Part shown: positions 1 through 13,163 of the stretch, piece by piece | Numbering within the stretch: position 1 is the first letter of the stretch | How the letters are laid out: the number at the start of each line of letters is the position of its first letter | Assembly: GCA_051362555.1 (NCBI GenBank) | Contig: CM120648.1 | Span: 15,310,587-15,374,586, forward strand | Direction: 5' to 3' | DNA from: Lingula anatina | Taxonomy: Eukaryota > Animalia > Brachiopoda | DNA: 64,000 nucleotides | Made by a program: the position numbers and the translations under genes | The notes under the pieces: generated by a model | Told to the model about the DNA's origin: nothing | Databases searched by the model: none | What the model saw: the letters and a program-made list of their open reading frames with translations, nothing else

Positions 1-300
1 GCAATTTAGCCTGAACCCCCAGGGAGTTAGGTCGATCTAAAACTTAATCTTTAGATCGATCTAACACCCCATTCTCATAGATTAAATCGACCTACATTGG
101 ATCGACCTAACTCCCTGGGGGTTCACGCTAAATAGCTGTCAGCCGGGCGGACACGAAAGTTAATTACCCCTTACAGCTTGTAGTAGGCGGGGACGGACAC
201 TTAAGGCGGATTATCTGACAGTAATCTAGTGAGACTCCCCGCGGTGATAGATCGATCTAAAAGTTGTGAGAACAGAGCCTAAATCTCTGGGAAAGCACCC
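1..300. mobile_element. Palindromic interspersed repeat family A (truncated at window edge)
   Basis: 1-38 is the inverse of ~100-136. The same blocks occur at 22515-22712 and 18270-18435. Confidence 0.8.
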
Positions 301-3300
301 TTGAACACTTACTGCTCCTCCGGTTTACAACAAATCCCACCAAATGAGTGGTAATAAATTCGTTTACATATGTAATAGCACAAACGTTCTGAAAATATGT
401 TTTCAGGCTGTGTACCGCGCTTTTCCTGTTCTCGCGACAAACTACTGCCAATTGCATTAACTTGAATTCAGACTGCGCGTTTTCAGTTGTTTAATTGTTA
501 GGCAGTACCACATTTAACGACCACAAACACTCCGCCATTAAGCAATAAGGAACGCGAGTTCAACACCTCGACTCCATTACCCCAAGCACCTTAGACGCTT
601 GCGGCATGTGCTAATATACCAACTTCATTTTCCCAAACCTTCTTTTTCATTAATCTACCCTAACGCTAAGCATTTCAACACCTGGCGGGAGGGAAGCTCG
701 GGAAGCCCAAGTGTTGAAACGTTCGCCCTCAGCAGCCGCCAATCTCAGCTCTTGCTGATTAGTTTACGATATAGAGAAAGATTTCATGTCGGCTTGCTGA
801 GACACAGAGAGAGAGAGCGGTTTCGTTCTGGGTCGTAAACTACCGTCTTACTGCGAGATACACTGATTAAATTCATTTACGTACGTTTATCTAATTAAGA
901 TTCACGCAATTAATAAATAGCTTTCGAGCTAAAAATGATGGTATTAAGAATCTTAAACGCGTTGCGATTAGCAGTGCGAGCCTGATAGCGGTAAAAACCA
1001 GTAGCTTTACGCCTCGTGGTTCACGAGGAAGTTAACTTACTTGACGCCCCACCGAGAGGAACGCGTGAAGGCACTTAATTCTATTAACATTGAAAACAAA
1101 CTATGTAAGTGATCCCCCTGATTGACAGAGTGGAGAAATGTTGCGATACCTGACCAAATGAGACGCTATAAATAACCACGACTCAGACGTTATAATTCTC
1201 CTGACTTTTTTCAGGCACTCCACAGCAACCTGTCAGCTGGCAGTGTTTGCACAGCGTCCGGTGTCAGCAATATTGTTGTTTGATTTTACAGGTGCAGTGA
1301 CAGTGATCTTTAAGTTGTCCCTGTGAGTTTAAAAAGCGCTCATAACAAATAATGTGTTTGGGATAGTTCATGATATACATTTTTAACACTACACCTTTAA
1401 TATTGTAATCCACACATGTTTATTATAATCCACAGAGACAAGTGAAGTGAAGCCTAGTTCATTAGTCAAGGCATTAGTTTGTTGAATAATACAAACCTAC
1501 CAAATTTATTTGTTGGGTCTAATGAACGGTTCAAAAACCATATCAAATTTTTGATTGCTTATTTGCATGAAAATGTTAATTTACCTCTCTCTTATTTCAG
1601 TAACATTGGGACATAGCATCTGTTGTGCTAAATATTTCAGGTTTAAATTCCCCACTGTTTTCATTTGCAGTTGTTATACTGATTATAATGTTTGTCTGTC
1701 TTTCCATTTATTTTCCTTGAAGGAGTTTGCCAACAATGTCTTATTTACTAAATTAGGTAAAATGATGTCAACACGTCGAAAAAATATAAAACTCCAAAGC
1801 AAGTTAAATTTCCTGAGAACATATTCGACCCCTCCACCCTTGAAAAAAGAAATAACCTAAAATGAATATTGTTCCAGTAAGGGATAACATGGTAGAACTT
1901 TGGTTAGTTTTCAGTTTCCTCCCATGAGTCACACAGGTCACGTTTAACGATAAAACAAAAGCAAGCTTTAAAGCATTTTTAAGGATGTTACATGTATACC
2001 GGGGTCTAGGTACAAGTAAATAGTACGGAGGCAAATTTTGAACCCGAATTAAAAACATTCCATACAAGGCACTTAGCGAACTAATATGCATGTTATTGCA
2101 CAAAAGATCCACTATTTATCGATGTACTTTCTCAGTCATTTGACCACTTACTAAAGATAAACTCTACATTATCTCTACTTGCTCTATGTGGGCGAATGGC
2201 ACCGGAAGTAGTCTGTCACGTGCACGTGCATGTATGTCTCCAGGCTACATGTTCGTTTCACACTCTCACACCGGGATCCCGCGGTGAAAGATCAGAGCGT
2301 TTTTCAGCCCTTTGTAGTTCTTTGAAACAAATACCAGCTTTATCAGTAGATCCAGTTAGAATAAAAAAATGTACAGAATAAACAACGTGGAGCTTTATCA
2401 ACACTGTTTCCTTGCTCCAAATCAAATGTCTACATTGTAAATTTGGCTTACATACCCTGGGTCGAAAAAGAGGGGAAAGTCAGTTGATTCCAATTCCTTC
2501 GTTTAGCTAACCAGCCCATTTCACACACGCCTGCTTATCCAGCATTGCTGGAAACGATTTGCCCGATGGGAGGAGAGAATGGGAAAATTAATCAGTTGCA
2601 TCTATTTCAACCACATCAATGTAGCTAATCTGTTGATTCCTGGTCGAATATTATTCCTCCAGGCTAGAATGTTTTCTTTCCTGCTCGGTAAGTTTTCTCT
2701 GTACATTATTGTCTATTACGATGTCATGCCCTTGCGTCAGAAACAGGGGTCAAAAGATACGTTTGAGGGGAAAAAAATCACCTTTCCGGAAAATGTAATT
2801 ATATTTTTTCTCTCTCTTTGTTTCTTAGTTCTTTTAGAATATTTGCCTCTTCGCAATTTTTGTAACTATTCAATTAAAAGAAGAATACAAATTTCTATAA
2901 AAAGTTTACCTTCCTGACTTAAAACATGATGTTATCAACCTTTGCACAGCGCATGTGGCGCACAATGTATATTTTTCCTTGTTGATACGCCGCCTGTGCG
3001 ATTTATATATCTACACCAAATGAACTGGGCTGTACAGGACGAACCAAGGTTGAAACTACGCGTTAAAAATTAACATTATTAAAATAAAACATTTATAAAT
3101 CACTAATGGTATGAGGATAAATTTGCAGGCTGACTAGACTACATTATTTATACGATATATAAGGATATACATTTATATTATGTACATGTATATACAGTGA
3201 GTTACACGTCCTAATGGATGCTATCTATACAAGTGAATAACAAGCTATTTCACAACATTATCGACAATTAGTGGCTGTGATGTACTACAGTAAATGACAG

Positions 3301-5192
3301 GTAATCTATATATTCTCACAGCAGTCATTACAAATTCTCTTATTACTTTGAGACTTTTACGAGGTGAATTTAGGAGAATTTACAGCACTTCCAACTGCAC
3401 AGTTATCGACACTGAATCAGCTGCTAATGCTGACCACAACAGAGCACTCTCGGAGCTCGTTGAAACTTTGTGTAAAAAGTCCCCTGCCATCTCACACGGA
3501 TGGCGCGCGGCCTCGTGCTCTTCACCCCCACATTAATCACACTAATGTGCTCACTATGTTACTCATTGCAAGGAAATGGAGAAGTTAATTATAAACAATT
3601 AAGGACTCTTCGATTGGGTTCAAAGACTTCGTGGTGAAAGAAAAGATTATCCAAATAGCAATCCGGCTATTACCGCACTATTAGAGCGAGTTCTGTTGGA
3701 CTGGTTACAGCAACCGCTCTATCTGTTTGACCATGCAACCATAAGCATGCGTCTGTAGGGTAATGTTATTAAGAACATGGTGGAGAGAATATGTGTGGGT
3801 AGGGGCCGTCAGAGCCGTCTTGGAGACGATATCAGCTATTTGTGGTGCAGACAGGTGCGGGGGAGGTGTGTGTGTGTGTGTGTGCGTGTGCGTGTGCGTG
3901 GGTGTGTGTTGGGGGAGGGACTCGGGCAGAGTTTTGTACTACGGGGATCTGGTATGTCGAAACTTTAAATTGTGTAAAAGTGCATTTCTCGGCATACATG
4001 GATTAAGGCTTTATCTTTAAGTCAGGCATATGGCATGAACAACCAGTCGGAGATAACTGTAAGTTGTTTACCGTACTGAACTGGAACTTTTGAATCATCA
4101 AAAGGTATTCGAAGTCTTGTGACTGAACAGTACAAAAGAGGAAATTAGTTGGTATCGTTTGTAATGGAATCGCCCCACATCAGCAGATGAAGTAACACAG
4201 TAAACACAGTAAACACAGTTGCTCAGCTATCATTAGACAACACACCTACGTCACCATGGCAACAGTCCATCAGCCTGCTAACTTGCCACTGTTTGACAAA
4301 CAGAACATTTGTAGATAGGTCTCAACCGGATAAAAAACTCTCTTACCTGTTGCACCTAAAAACTGTTTCACACCGACGTAATTTACTCATTGGCTTACTG
4401 CAGGCAGTAACCAAACCGCCACAGAAAGTGATAGGCAAATGGCACTCCAATCTTATTTTAATAAAAATTGAAACTTTTAATATGGGAATGGAATGGAATT
4501 TACTTTTTTTAAACATCTTTATTCTCAAGAGGGTTAAATATTGATACAGTATAATTTAAGGTGGCAATTCGCCTAGGCATTATATGGAATTTACTGCCAC
4601 TTCCACTGCTTAGGATAGACTCTCCAGCTACTTTTAAAAGGGAACTCAAAACGAATAAATTATGACTGGAGATTTTCTTAATTATTTTTTAAGTGAGTGG
4701 TCAAGTAACATTTTAATTTCTACATTACTTTTTAAATTTAATTTTGCTGTTTTTATCAATTTTTTACTAGCCTTTATATTATTTCTTTCACGTTTTAAAG
4801 TCTACTGAACAAATTTGGATTTAAGACTCAAGTAAATATTATTATTATTAATTCAGAAAGTTATTTTCACGCTGCACACCTTGAGTCCTCTGTCTCTGGT
4901 GACAGAGGGACCGGCGCCATATTCGTTATTTTCTGATGCCATTTTGGTCCTTTGTGATTTTAACTAAAATGCATGCACGGCTGTGAATGCGAGCACGTGC
5001 TTGTTACATCACCATGGAAGTGCTTTCTTTGTCTTCTATATTTAGGATATATACTATATGTTATAATGCCTTCACAACAAATCAACAACTGTACAATAAT
5101 GAACTCATCCAATTGACTGAAAATACAGTAGACTGGAGAACCATGATCCGTGATGCCTGCACCAGGCCTGAGACATGATGATGATATTAATG

Positions 5193-5195
<3 letters not shown>

Positions 5196-5230
<35 letters not shown>
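5196..5230. repeat. (TA)n microsatellite
   Basis: Uninterrupted TA run. Confidence 0.95.
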
Positions 5231-5236
<6 letters not shown>

Positions 5237-5361
5237 GAACTTTATAGAATATATATTGAGGACATTTTTCGTTTCCTATTTCTTAACAAGACCAACAGCT
5301 GTCCACCTTGACTATTTTCAATGGCCAGGTTGAGCTGACCATGGGCAGTGCTTACTGGTGC

Positions 5362-5615
5362 CAGTTTTGACCTGTCATCAAGCTCTACCTTACCTTGGTC
5401 AAGCAGTTCTGACCTGTCCTCAACCTCTACCTTACCTTGGTCAAGCAGTTCTGACCTGTCCTTAAGCTCTACCTTACCTTGGTCAAGCAGTTCTGACCTG
5501 TCCTTAAGCTCTACCTTACCTTGGTCAAGCAGTTCTGACCTGTCATCAAGCTCTACCTTACCTTGGTCAAGCAGTTCTGACCTGTCCTCAACCTCTACCT
5601 TACCTTGGTCAAGCA
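5362..5615 (-). repeat. 42-bp tandem array spanning the Wnt4 exon 2 donor (6 donor copies)
   Basis: Minus-strand unit TGCTTGACCAAG|GTAAGGTAGAGxTTxAxGACAGGTCAGAAC. TACCTTGGTC recurs every 42 bp from 5391 to 5601. Confidence 0.97.
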
Positions 5616-5833
5616 CATTGCCGAACACTGACACTGGATCCACTGTGCTACAATTCCAGCGTCTGTTCTTAAACTGGTACTGACATTCGTCGATGGCAGT
5701 TCTTGCTCCCATAGTGACACTGTTCATTATCTCCACGTTCCTCTTACATAATACTTTCTGTCTGTTGTTAAGTCCTATGAGTTCGTCACAGATCTGCTCT
5801 GTGTTAATAGAGATTGAGCTCATTCCCAACGCC
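5604..5833 (-). CDS. WNT4: Wnt4-like coding exon 2
   Basis: Wnt N-terminal cysteine motif ECQYQFKNRRWNCST. Canonical AG/GT boundaries, with the phase-1 intron after G typical of Wnt genes. Confidence 0.93.
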
Positions 5834-8800
5834 CTGGAAAGAATAACACAGGTGATGAATTAAAATTTACGTTGTCCAAATCTTTATATCGTTTTATGGG
5901 AGCAGTGACCATCAATAAAATATCGAAACGCATATTGGCGGGAAGAGTAATGTCTATATTTATGAAACAAAACAAGTCTTGGAATTCAAAAAAACAACAG
6001 AGCCATGCACAACGCAAAGAGAGGCACTGAACATAGATATATAAATAAACTGAATTTCAAGACAAATTCACAGCATTTACACCAATTACACCCCGAAGTA
6101 TTTAGCTTCTTGGCCTTGGTCGTAATTTATTGGTGTAAAAGTCCGTCACTGCCTTTACAGGAACCATATCGACAACGTTTACACACTAGCCAAATCAAAC
6201 CCCCTTGTTATAATTTCAGTTTCATAAAATAAATCGCATTTTCGTCACTGTAACGAAAAATTATACCACCGACATGCGAGTTGGATAAGTAGTAGATAGT
6301 AAATGACTTTATAAGTATTTACTGCAGGATTATAAAACATGACCAGACACATACACGTAACAGAAAATGTATTATTCTTAGATGCTCTTGTTGCTACATT
6401 TCAAATACCAACCTATTCAATAAATTTATATATGTGTTTATTTTTCTTTAATAATTTATTTAGCGAAACTCTATGTACAGCATTTTCTCCTAATTAAAAC
6501 CCCATTTCATTTTTCAATTTTAACTCTCGTATATCGTTTTGTATTCAAAACAAGTAGAAATTTTGTTTTTTGTAAATAATGACATTGTAAACAAGAGTAG
6601 ACGTTAACCGAAAAATTGGGGAAAAAATCTGAAAACTTTCACACAGCAGCTGATAGTAGCTTGTCCTAATCTTAAATGGTACTTTTATCTTCTCAGTGCC
6701 CAATAGGGATTACGTTTTATTCTTCTGTGTAAGAGTATATAATCTCCAAGTCAACAAGAGAGATTCCGGAGCTCCAGGAACGTTTCCAAGTTTTGACTTG
6801 GACGTTACGCGGCACTGTTTTAAAGCGGCCTATGTCTGTTATGATAACGATTATTAGCAACGGTAACATCGTAACAATTACACCAGAAGTACAGTGCTAT
6901 CTGGGCAAAAACAAATCTCTATCAGATGTTTATTGCCGGAAAACGTGGACCACAATTTACAACGTTTACCTAATGGATTCCCTGGTGATAACGAGGTCGC
7001 GGTTTTATTACTCTCCCTACAGATAAATGACAAAGAGGCATAAAACCTAGTTACTGCGACACGATGGGGTGACGGGATCAAATGGTGATCGTTTTGGCTT
7101 CTGGAAAGAATGGCAGGGGGATTGTGACCAATAGCCGCGGTTACATACACGACTTTTAAAACTGGATCAAAACAGGTTTACATAGTGTGTCATTAACGTA
7201 TTTCTTTAACTGCCCATTCACACAGACTACTTCACCACTCATGTGTATATCATTTTAAGTAGTGTTAACATAAGTGTGTCAACCTTGCACTGCGGCTTCA
7301 TGGGGATTTTGACCGAACATAAGGCAAGATCGAAATATGCCACGCTTCATTTGCCTTTCTACGGTTTAATGAGAATCATCTGATAGTCATAGCCCTAACA
7401 CCGTCTTTCCTGGCAAATGTCTTATGCGAGTTGTTTTTTAAATGTCAACAAACAAGCAATAACAAAATGTTCTTCGAGATTTACTTTAGCCTCCAGCCAA
7501 TAGGAAAAATGGTCATTTCTTTGCTTGTAAAATGTCAACATCATATACAAAACGCCTTGTTATTTTTATTGACAAAACGGGTCTTTGTGATATTACCAAC
7601 AAATCCCAAGTACCAAGGACCTGGAGTTCGTCATAAGGGTATAGGGCACACTCAAAAGTCTGCATTTGATTATGATGTTAGAAATTTATGTTACAAAGCG
7701 AGCACGAAATGAGGAAATAGTATGGATATATTTCGCTGCCCTTTTCAAAATCTTTGATGATTCAAACGCTCATTTCTTTGTTCATATATCGTATAACGCA
7801 TTGTTTCTTCGCGACAGCCATATTCAATAAAATAATTCCTTTTTAATTGGTATGGTAAAGGACCTAGCCCGGGTGCCGTATTAATGATAGAAATGGATGG
7901 TTTTCGGTCTAGAATAGAAACGATTCAGTCAGACACAGATGCTACATTAATGCGGGCAAGGTGATGGGAAAAAAGAGTACACACTAGTTGACTTCTCCCC
8001 GCCGTGCACGTGCTGAGCGACTACCGTCTGCGACGTCAGTCACGCGCCATGACGCTGATGGCAGACGACAGTTCACCCAACTGGGACACTTGGCAGCCCG
8101 GGACACGCCTTTCGTGAACAAATCGTTCTTGGAATCTGACTTAAATAAATATTATGTTCAGTTTTCATATAATAGGCCTATACCAAATAAAAACGAATAA
8201 ATATAAAAACTAAGATCATCAGACCTCATTGTTGTAAGAATATTAAAGTACAGGACAACACCCAAGAGAAGTTTTAGCTAACTCCATTTTGACGTGTGCA
8301 CTATCTTTGAACTGGTTCAAGCTACACCTCATCACCTACATGTAACATTATTTAATTTTTATTTAGGCTACGACATGTCTTTATCTTGATACTGTCGGGC
8401 AAAATATATTATATTGAGTTATCTTAGCACGTGTGAGGTTTTAGTATTGTGTGGTGGTCTTTTTTCTATATACGCTCTATATGACCAGCTTTCCCCGACA
8501 CTTGTCTCAAAGTCACAAACAGAACAAACGACACAAAGCAGACAACGTACACGATGTTAAACCGCAGATGCAGGAGTTAGCTTGAAGCAGAAATGAATGT
8601 CTATAGCCATGTGTACATTGAGCCACTGCTGCAAAGGGAGACAGCGAAGCGGATCGCCATTCCGTCACTTTCACAAACAAGTCGTTTTGTGGTGCATTTT
8701 TTATAATCCAATCCACGCAGAAGTAAAAAAATGTAGGCATACGAACCATTAAACATCTACCCCTGCCATATTTACTCTGTCGGTTTTTAAAGAGTTATAG

Positions 8801-11800
8801 GTAAGCCTACCTACTTCAGGTTCCCTAACTCTTTATTGTAATAATACGATATTTATTGTTTTTAATTTATCTAACGATATCCAATGGCATTCCTGCCCTG
8901 CGTCCATCTTTTTTCTACCATCAGAGGACGGAGGACTTGCTTGAAACGTTAAATCAAATACCAAAGACTGAACTACTATATAATAACTGGGTATTCATTA
9001 AGGAACGCTTCAGCCAGTAATTTACAGACTGGCATATAGCAATACGAACCACTTCACATTTCAACAGTGTTGAACGGTATTTTGAAACACATTTCAAATA
9101 CTGATATATAGAACAGTAGACACGGCAAACAAGGCAGTTAACATTTGAATGATCCGGAAAGCAATAAAAATGCTGACAGTGAAATGAAATCGATCGTAAA
9201 CCAATGTACAAATGTTTCGGAAGTATTTCATAAACATGCCGCGGCGTTGAGGCAGTTGACAAGTTTACACGGTTTTTGCTGGCTTGCTGCTTACTTGGCA
9301 TGTGACAAGGTGGGTTATTTATATCCGCTGTGTTAACCAGGATGAAATCACGATTCTTGGATAAAAAAGTACTTATAGAAAGATAAAGGGCACACTGTTA
9401 AAAGGTTTGATATATGAGTAAGTAGATAATTGGATGAAATCATAAACATACAAGACTGAATACGTAGTGATAACGAAATAAATTCCTCAATTAATAGATA
9501 TATAGATAACTTAGCATTATTTATTATTACTTAAAATGCCCATTTTATAAAAACAGAATGAGCTAATAAAATCATTAAGGACAAGATGGTAGATAAATAA
9601 CCATAGTAGTAGTGTATTACTTAAACGTTTATGACTATAACAAAGCAAATGAAACACTTTCTGAATTATTATAAATTGGCCATCTTGTAAGCTCTGACTT
9701 GCTATTCTGAGTTACATGCCATGTTACATGAGTTGTGTTTATTGTTAAATGGAAAAAAAAAATTTTTAGTTGGCCTTGAATATAACAAATGGATTTCTAC
9801 CAATTATCCTTGATTGTTTCCGTATTGCTTTAATATCTTGTTGCGTTTTCGGTTTCTCAAGCTTCAGGCTGAAGAAACTCTTTTTTTCAGGTGATATTAC
9901 ACTGTACATGTACCTTGAAACAATCCTGACAAGACGCATGCAGATCACAGTCTTTCCATGAGCCGCCTCGAACTTGAACTATCGCTTTATACTATGCTCT
10001 CATCGAATGCTCTTGAAAAGTTTCCTGATTTCTGCATTTTGCTCATCGCCACGAGAGAGCGAAGCACCTGTAGCTGTAGGTTAGGTCGTCAATACAACGC
10101 TATCACATACCGTCTGCATTGAGTCTCGTGAAATGCGATGCCATTACTTGCACTTGTTTGGTTTAGACCCCGTGCGCTTTAGCCTTTAGATCACAGCCGT
10201 TGGCGTTTTGCACATGAGGCGTGTGGAACGGTCATCTTAAATAGGGACACCGTTACATCACAAAGTAACCCCCCTCCCCCAGAATTCAACGCTTGGGATA
10301 AGAAGAAATCATTTACCAAGAATTATCATCGCAGCACGGGTGTTATATAAGGCTCCCTTCACTATTACCTTTTTATTTGTCTCGGAATAAAAAAAACAGA
10401 TGATGAACCTCTTGTTTCTAGAAATTTGCGATTAGAATCACTTCTGAAGTAGCACTAGAGACCTCCGTATCTTGGTGATGGTAAAATACATTTTCAGCAT
10501 AATCCGAATCCTTTGAACTATTTCCACAGCTGACGTGGTGAGAGGACGCTATGCGGTGAAGGAAGGGAGGGGGTAATGAGTGGGAGTTCGAAGTGATCTG
10601 GAGAATGTCAGATACCAGACTTATCATAGGACGCGGCTGTGCCAGTGGGTTGATGTAGCCCCTCCGCACAGGTCGCATGACTCAAAATCACGATATGATT
10701 ATGATAAGATTAAACAGCTAACTCACTATGTTAATATTCATCGGCCCTTTTATTTATTATTCCATTTCATGCATTCATCAAATATGTTGCCTCCTGAGGT
10801 ATTATGTTTTATATCATTGTTTCACTGCTCTTCATTCTTTATAAATTGTATTGTATGGAGAACTTTTTTTAACATTTTTGATAGTTGGATTTTCCTGTAC
10901 AGAAGTAAAACTTATTAATACTCCTCGAAGAATTTCATTATTTCAATATTTTGTTTGTTTTCCTTTTATTTTGTGATTTCTCTTATTTAGTATACCGGGT
11001 ACCGACAACCTGCAAGGTTTACTCCAGAATAAATTGATCGATCCTCAGTCACACGTCTTGCCTTACTCGTGATATTAGGCTTCTTTTCACTACTGCAATG
11101 AGTGCCCACGATCCGAGACCGGTGAAAGAGGGTTATTTATCGCCTATAATTTTATTAGTGCAGGTAAATTGTTGGCCGGGCATTCGGTGTAGATGCGAGA
11201 GCAAAACGCGAACGGCTTCACTTTTATTGACTGATAGTTGACCAGATAACGGTATTGGAGGGGGAGGTTAAAAGCGCTCTTTGTAAGTTACCATTAACGT
11301 GATTTTCGATATATTACAGGTATCCCTTCCTTCTAATTTCCCGGAATTATAGTGAAGTTCTTTAAAAATTACTTTAAAATGGCTAAACCTCGTATCCCCC
11401 TTTAAAAACTTTCCGTTCTTTTCCAAAGTTCCTTAACTTCATTTCTTGGTTAAGTTGACAGCGAAAACGTTGAGTTGGAACAAATTGGAAGGAATTGCGA
11501 AAATGAAAAGAAAAGGTTGGCATCGAGAGAAAAAACATCAATTGTACAAGAGAAAAAAGTTCAAAACAATCAAGAAAATCAAAGGTCGGTTTAGGATCGG
11601 CTGAAGAATTTTAATTTTAAATAGCAAACAACAAAGAGATCTGAGCTTTCTTGACACATACTTCCCTCAGACTATACAGTATACTGTAGCCATATAATTT
11701 GTGAAGTTTGTCGTCATATTGTCTCTCTGGCGTGAGCGTACCTCGTCCATGCCTTGTCATAGCGGGGCAAAAGAAGCACGAGTTAAGTAGAAAATAAACA

Positions 11801-12892
11801 GGAACGCTGTGTTTATGACTATTTCAACACAAGCAGTCGTGAACGACTCTCGGCCTTCGTCTCCAGACCTGGTTTACACAGACCGCGGCTGCTGTACAAG
11901 ATTATACGAAACGTCATCAGAGACAGTTTATAATTCAACTGATGGGACTACCAAGTGGACAACGTCCACCACATTTTCGGGGAAATCGTTTAAATAAACA
12001 CAACAGTGTCTAAAGTTGTTGTCCTGGGGCGGGGGGGGGGGGGGGGGGCTTAATAGTTATTTCCACATTTATATGAAGAATAACTATAACAAGCAAACTG
12101 TTAGGTGAGTTAGGTGAAGGATAAACTTCTGCATTTTCTACCCATTGACCTTGAGCGTTTGTAGTCGCAGTTATCGGGGATGTCACAAATTTCTTCTGCA
12201 CAGAAAACGATGTGCCAGCCTTATTACTGGATATATACAGATCTTTTCAAGTTTCGATAAAAAATGTCCCATGTTATTCCTTGTTCCGTGTTTGTATTGC
12301 AGTGTGTTGTCGCACACATAGAAAGTTATTGAGGCACGAGCTTAGTCAGCTGTGACGATTTGCGACGCATCCCGCGCGCCTAATTCCTTGTCATCGCGAC
12401 AAAAGCACCGCATACTTCCATCCAATAGATCTATATGCTACGAAAGTCCAGTTTACGATTTCAAAGCCCTGCGCCTCAACATTATATCAACACGAATGAG
12501 AGTGTAAATTTTATTGATCAAAGGTGGTTTGTACGTGTGTGTGTATATAATGTGCTAGTCGTAGTAGTCGGGGCATACCTCGGCATCAACCTAAATTCCC
12601 CTTTGACAATGTAAAACGATGATAACCACATTTCAGCTCGGGCAGAAATTGATCTTGACAGCGTGCAAATTGAAAGACAGAAGAAAAAAGAACAACCTGG
12701 CCATGGTGGCGAAAACAAAAGACGGATTTAATGGGAGAAGGCTTTGTCGCACAGTATGAGAAGAAAAACGGGGCGAAAGAGACCCCAAAACAAAGTATAA
12801 ACAATAACTAATACTCACAGCCACTTGATTCCGTCACTTAATTGACAGCGGTCCAGGAGCAAGATCCCGATTCCCAGCGCCCAAACTTCCAT
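5604..12892 (-). CDS. WNT4: Wnt ligand, Wnt4-like (5' part: coding exons 1-2; later exons not found in window)
   Basis: Exon 1 (12892-12819) encodes signal-peptide-like MEVWALGIGILLLDRCQLSDGIKW(L) and ends CT|GTGAGT. It joins in phase to exon 2 (5833-5604; acceptor TTTCCAG), which encodes ALGMSSISINTEQICDELIGL..LCKRNVEIMNSV..GA..AIDECQYQFKNRRWNCST..VFGNVLDQG and ends CAAG|GTAAG. CKRNxExMxSV and ECQYQFxNRRWNCST are Wnt4-type. No TREAAF exon was recognised in 1-5600. Confidence 0.88.
12819..12892 (-). CDS. WNT4: Wnt4-like coding exon 1 (signal peptide)
   Basis: ATG, hydrophobic core WALGIGILLL, then ..GIKW. GTGAGT donor in phase 2 matches the exon 2 acceptor phase, giving IKWLAL. Confidence 0.8.
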
Positions 12893-13144
12893 ACTTCATG
12901 AAATCCCTTTTTTTATCCAAAAATGTCTCTGGCGCTGCGTTTCAGCTATTTATGTGTCTTAATTGCTGTAACTTTCTCCGTACTTGTAATCTAGACCGCG
13001 TTCTGGACATGCGACTTTCCCTTGCGGTATGCATACAGTGTGCACGTTAAATTCCCATCAGAAAGCTCTGAGGTATATTTATGAGTGTACCGGGAGAGAG
13101 AAACATAGGGAGGCAAGGGTTGGTTAAGGGCGGTAAAGACAAGG

Positions 13145-13163
13145 TGACGTCAACCTGACGTCA
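13145..13163. promoter_or_regulatory. Tandem full CRE palindromes upstream of Wnt4 exon 1
   Basis: TGACGTCA at 13145-13152 and 13156-13163, ~250 bp upstream of the Wnt ATG in a CpG-rich segment. Confidence 0.55.

Noticed and set aside
5242-5829. Single-exon truncated Wnt with a repetitive C-terminus
   Set aside because: The ORF is exon 2 read through the donor-spanning array. A canonical donor sits at the conserved Wnt intron position.
300-12800. TCF/LEF CTTTGWW sites in Wnt4 introns as a feedback enhancer cluster
   Set aside because: Only scattered hits, not obviously above expectation for AT-rich DNA.
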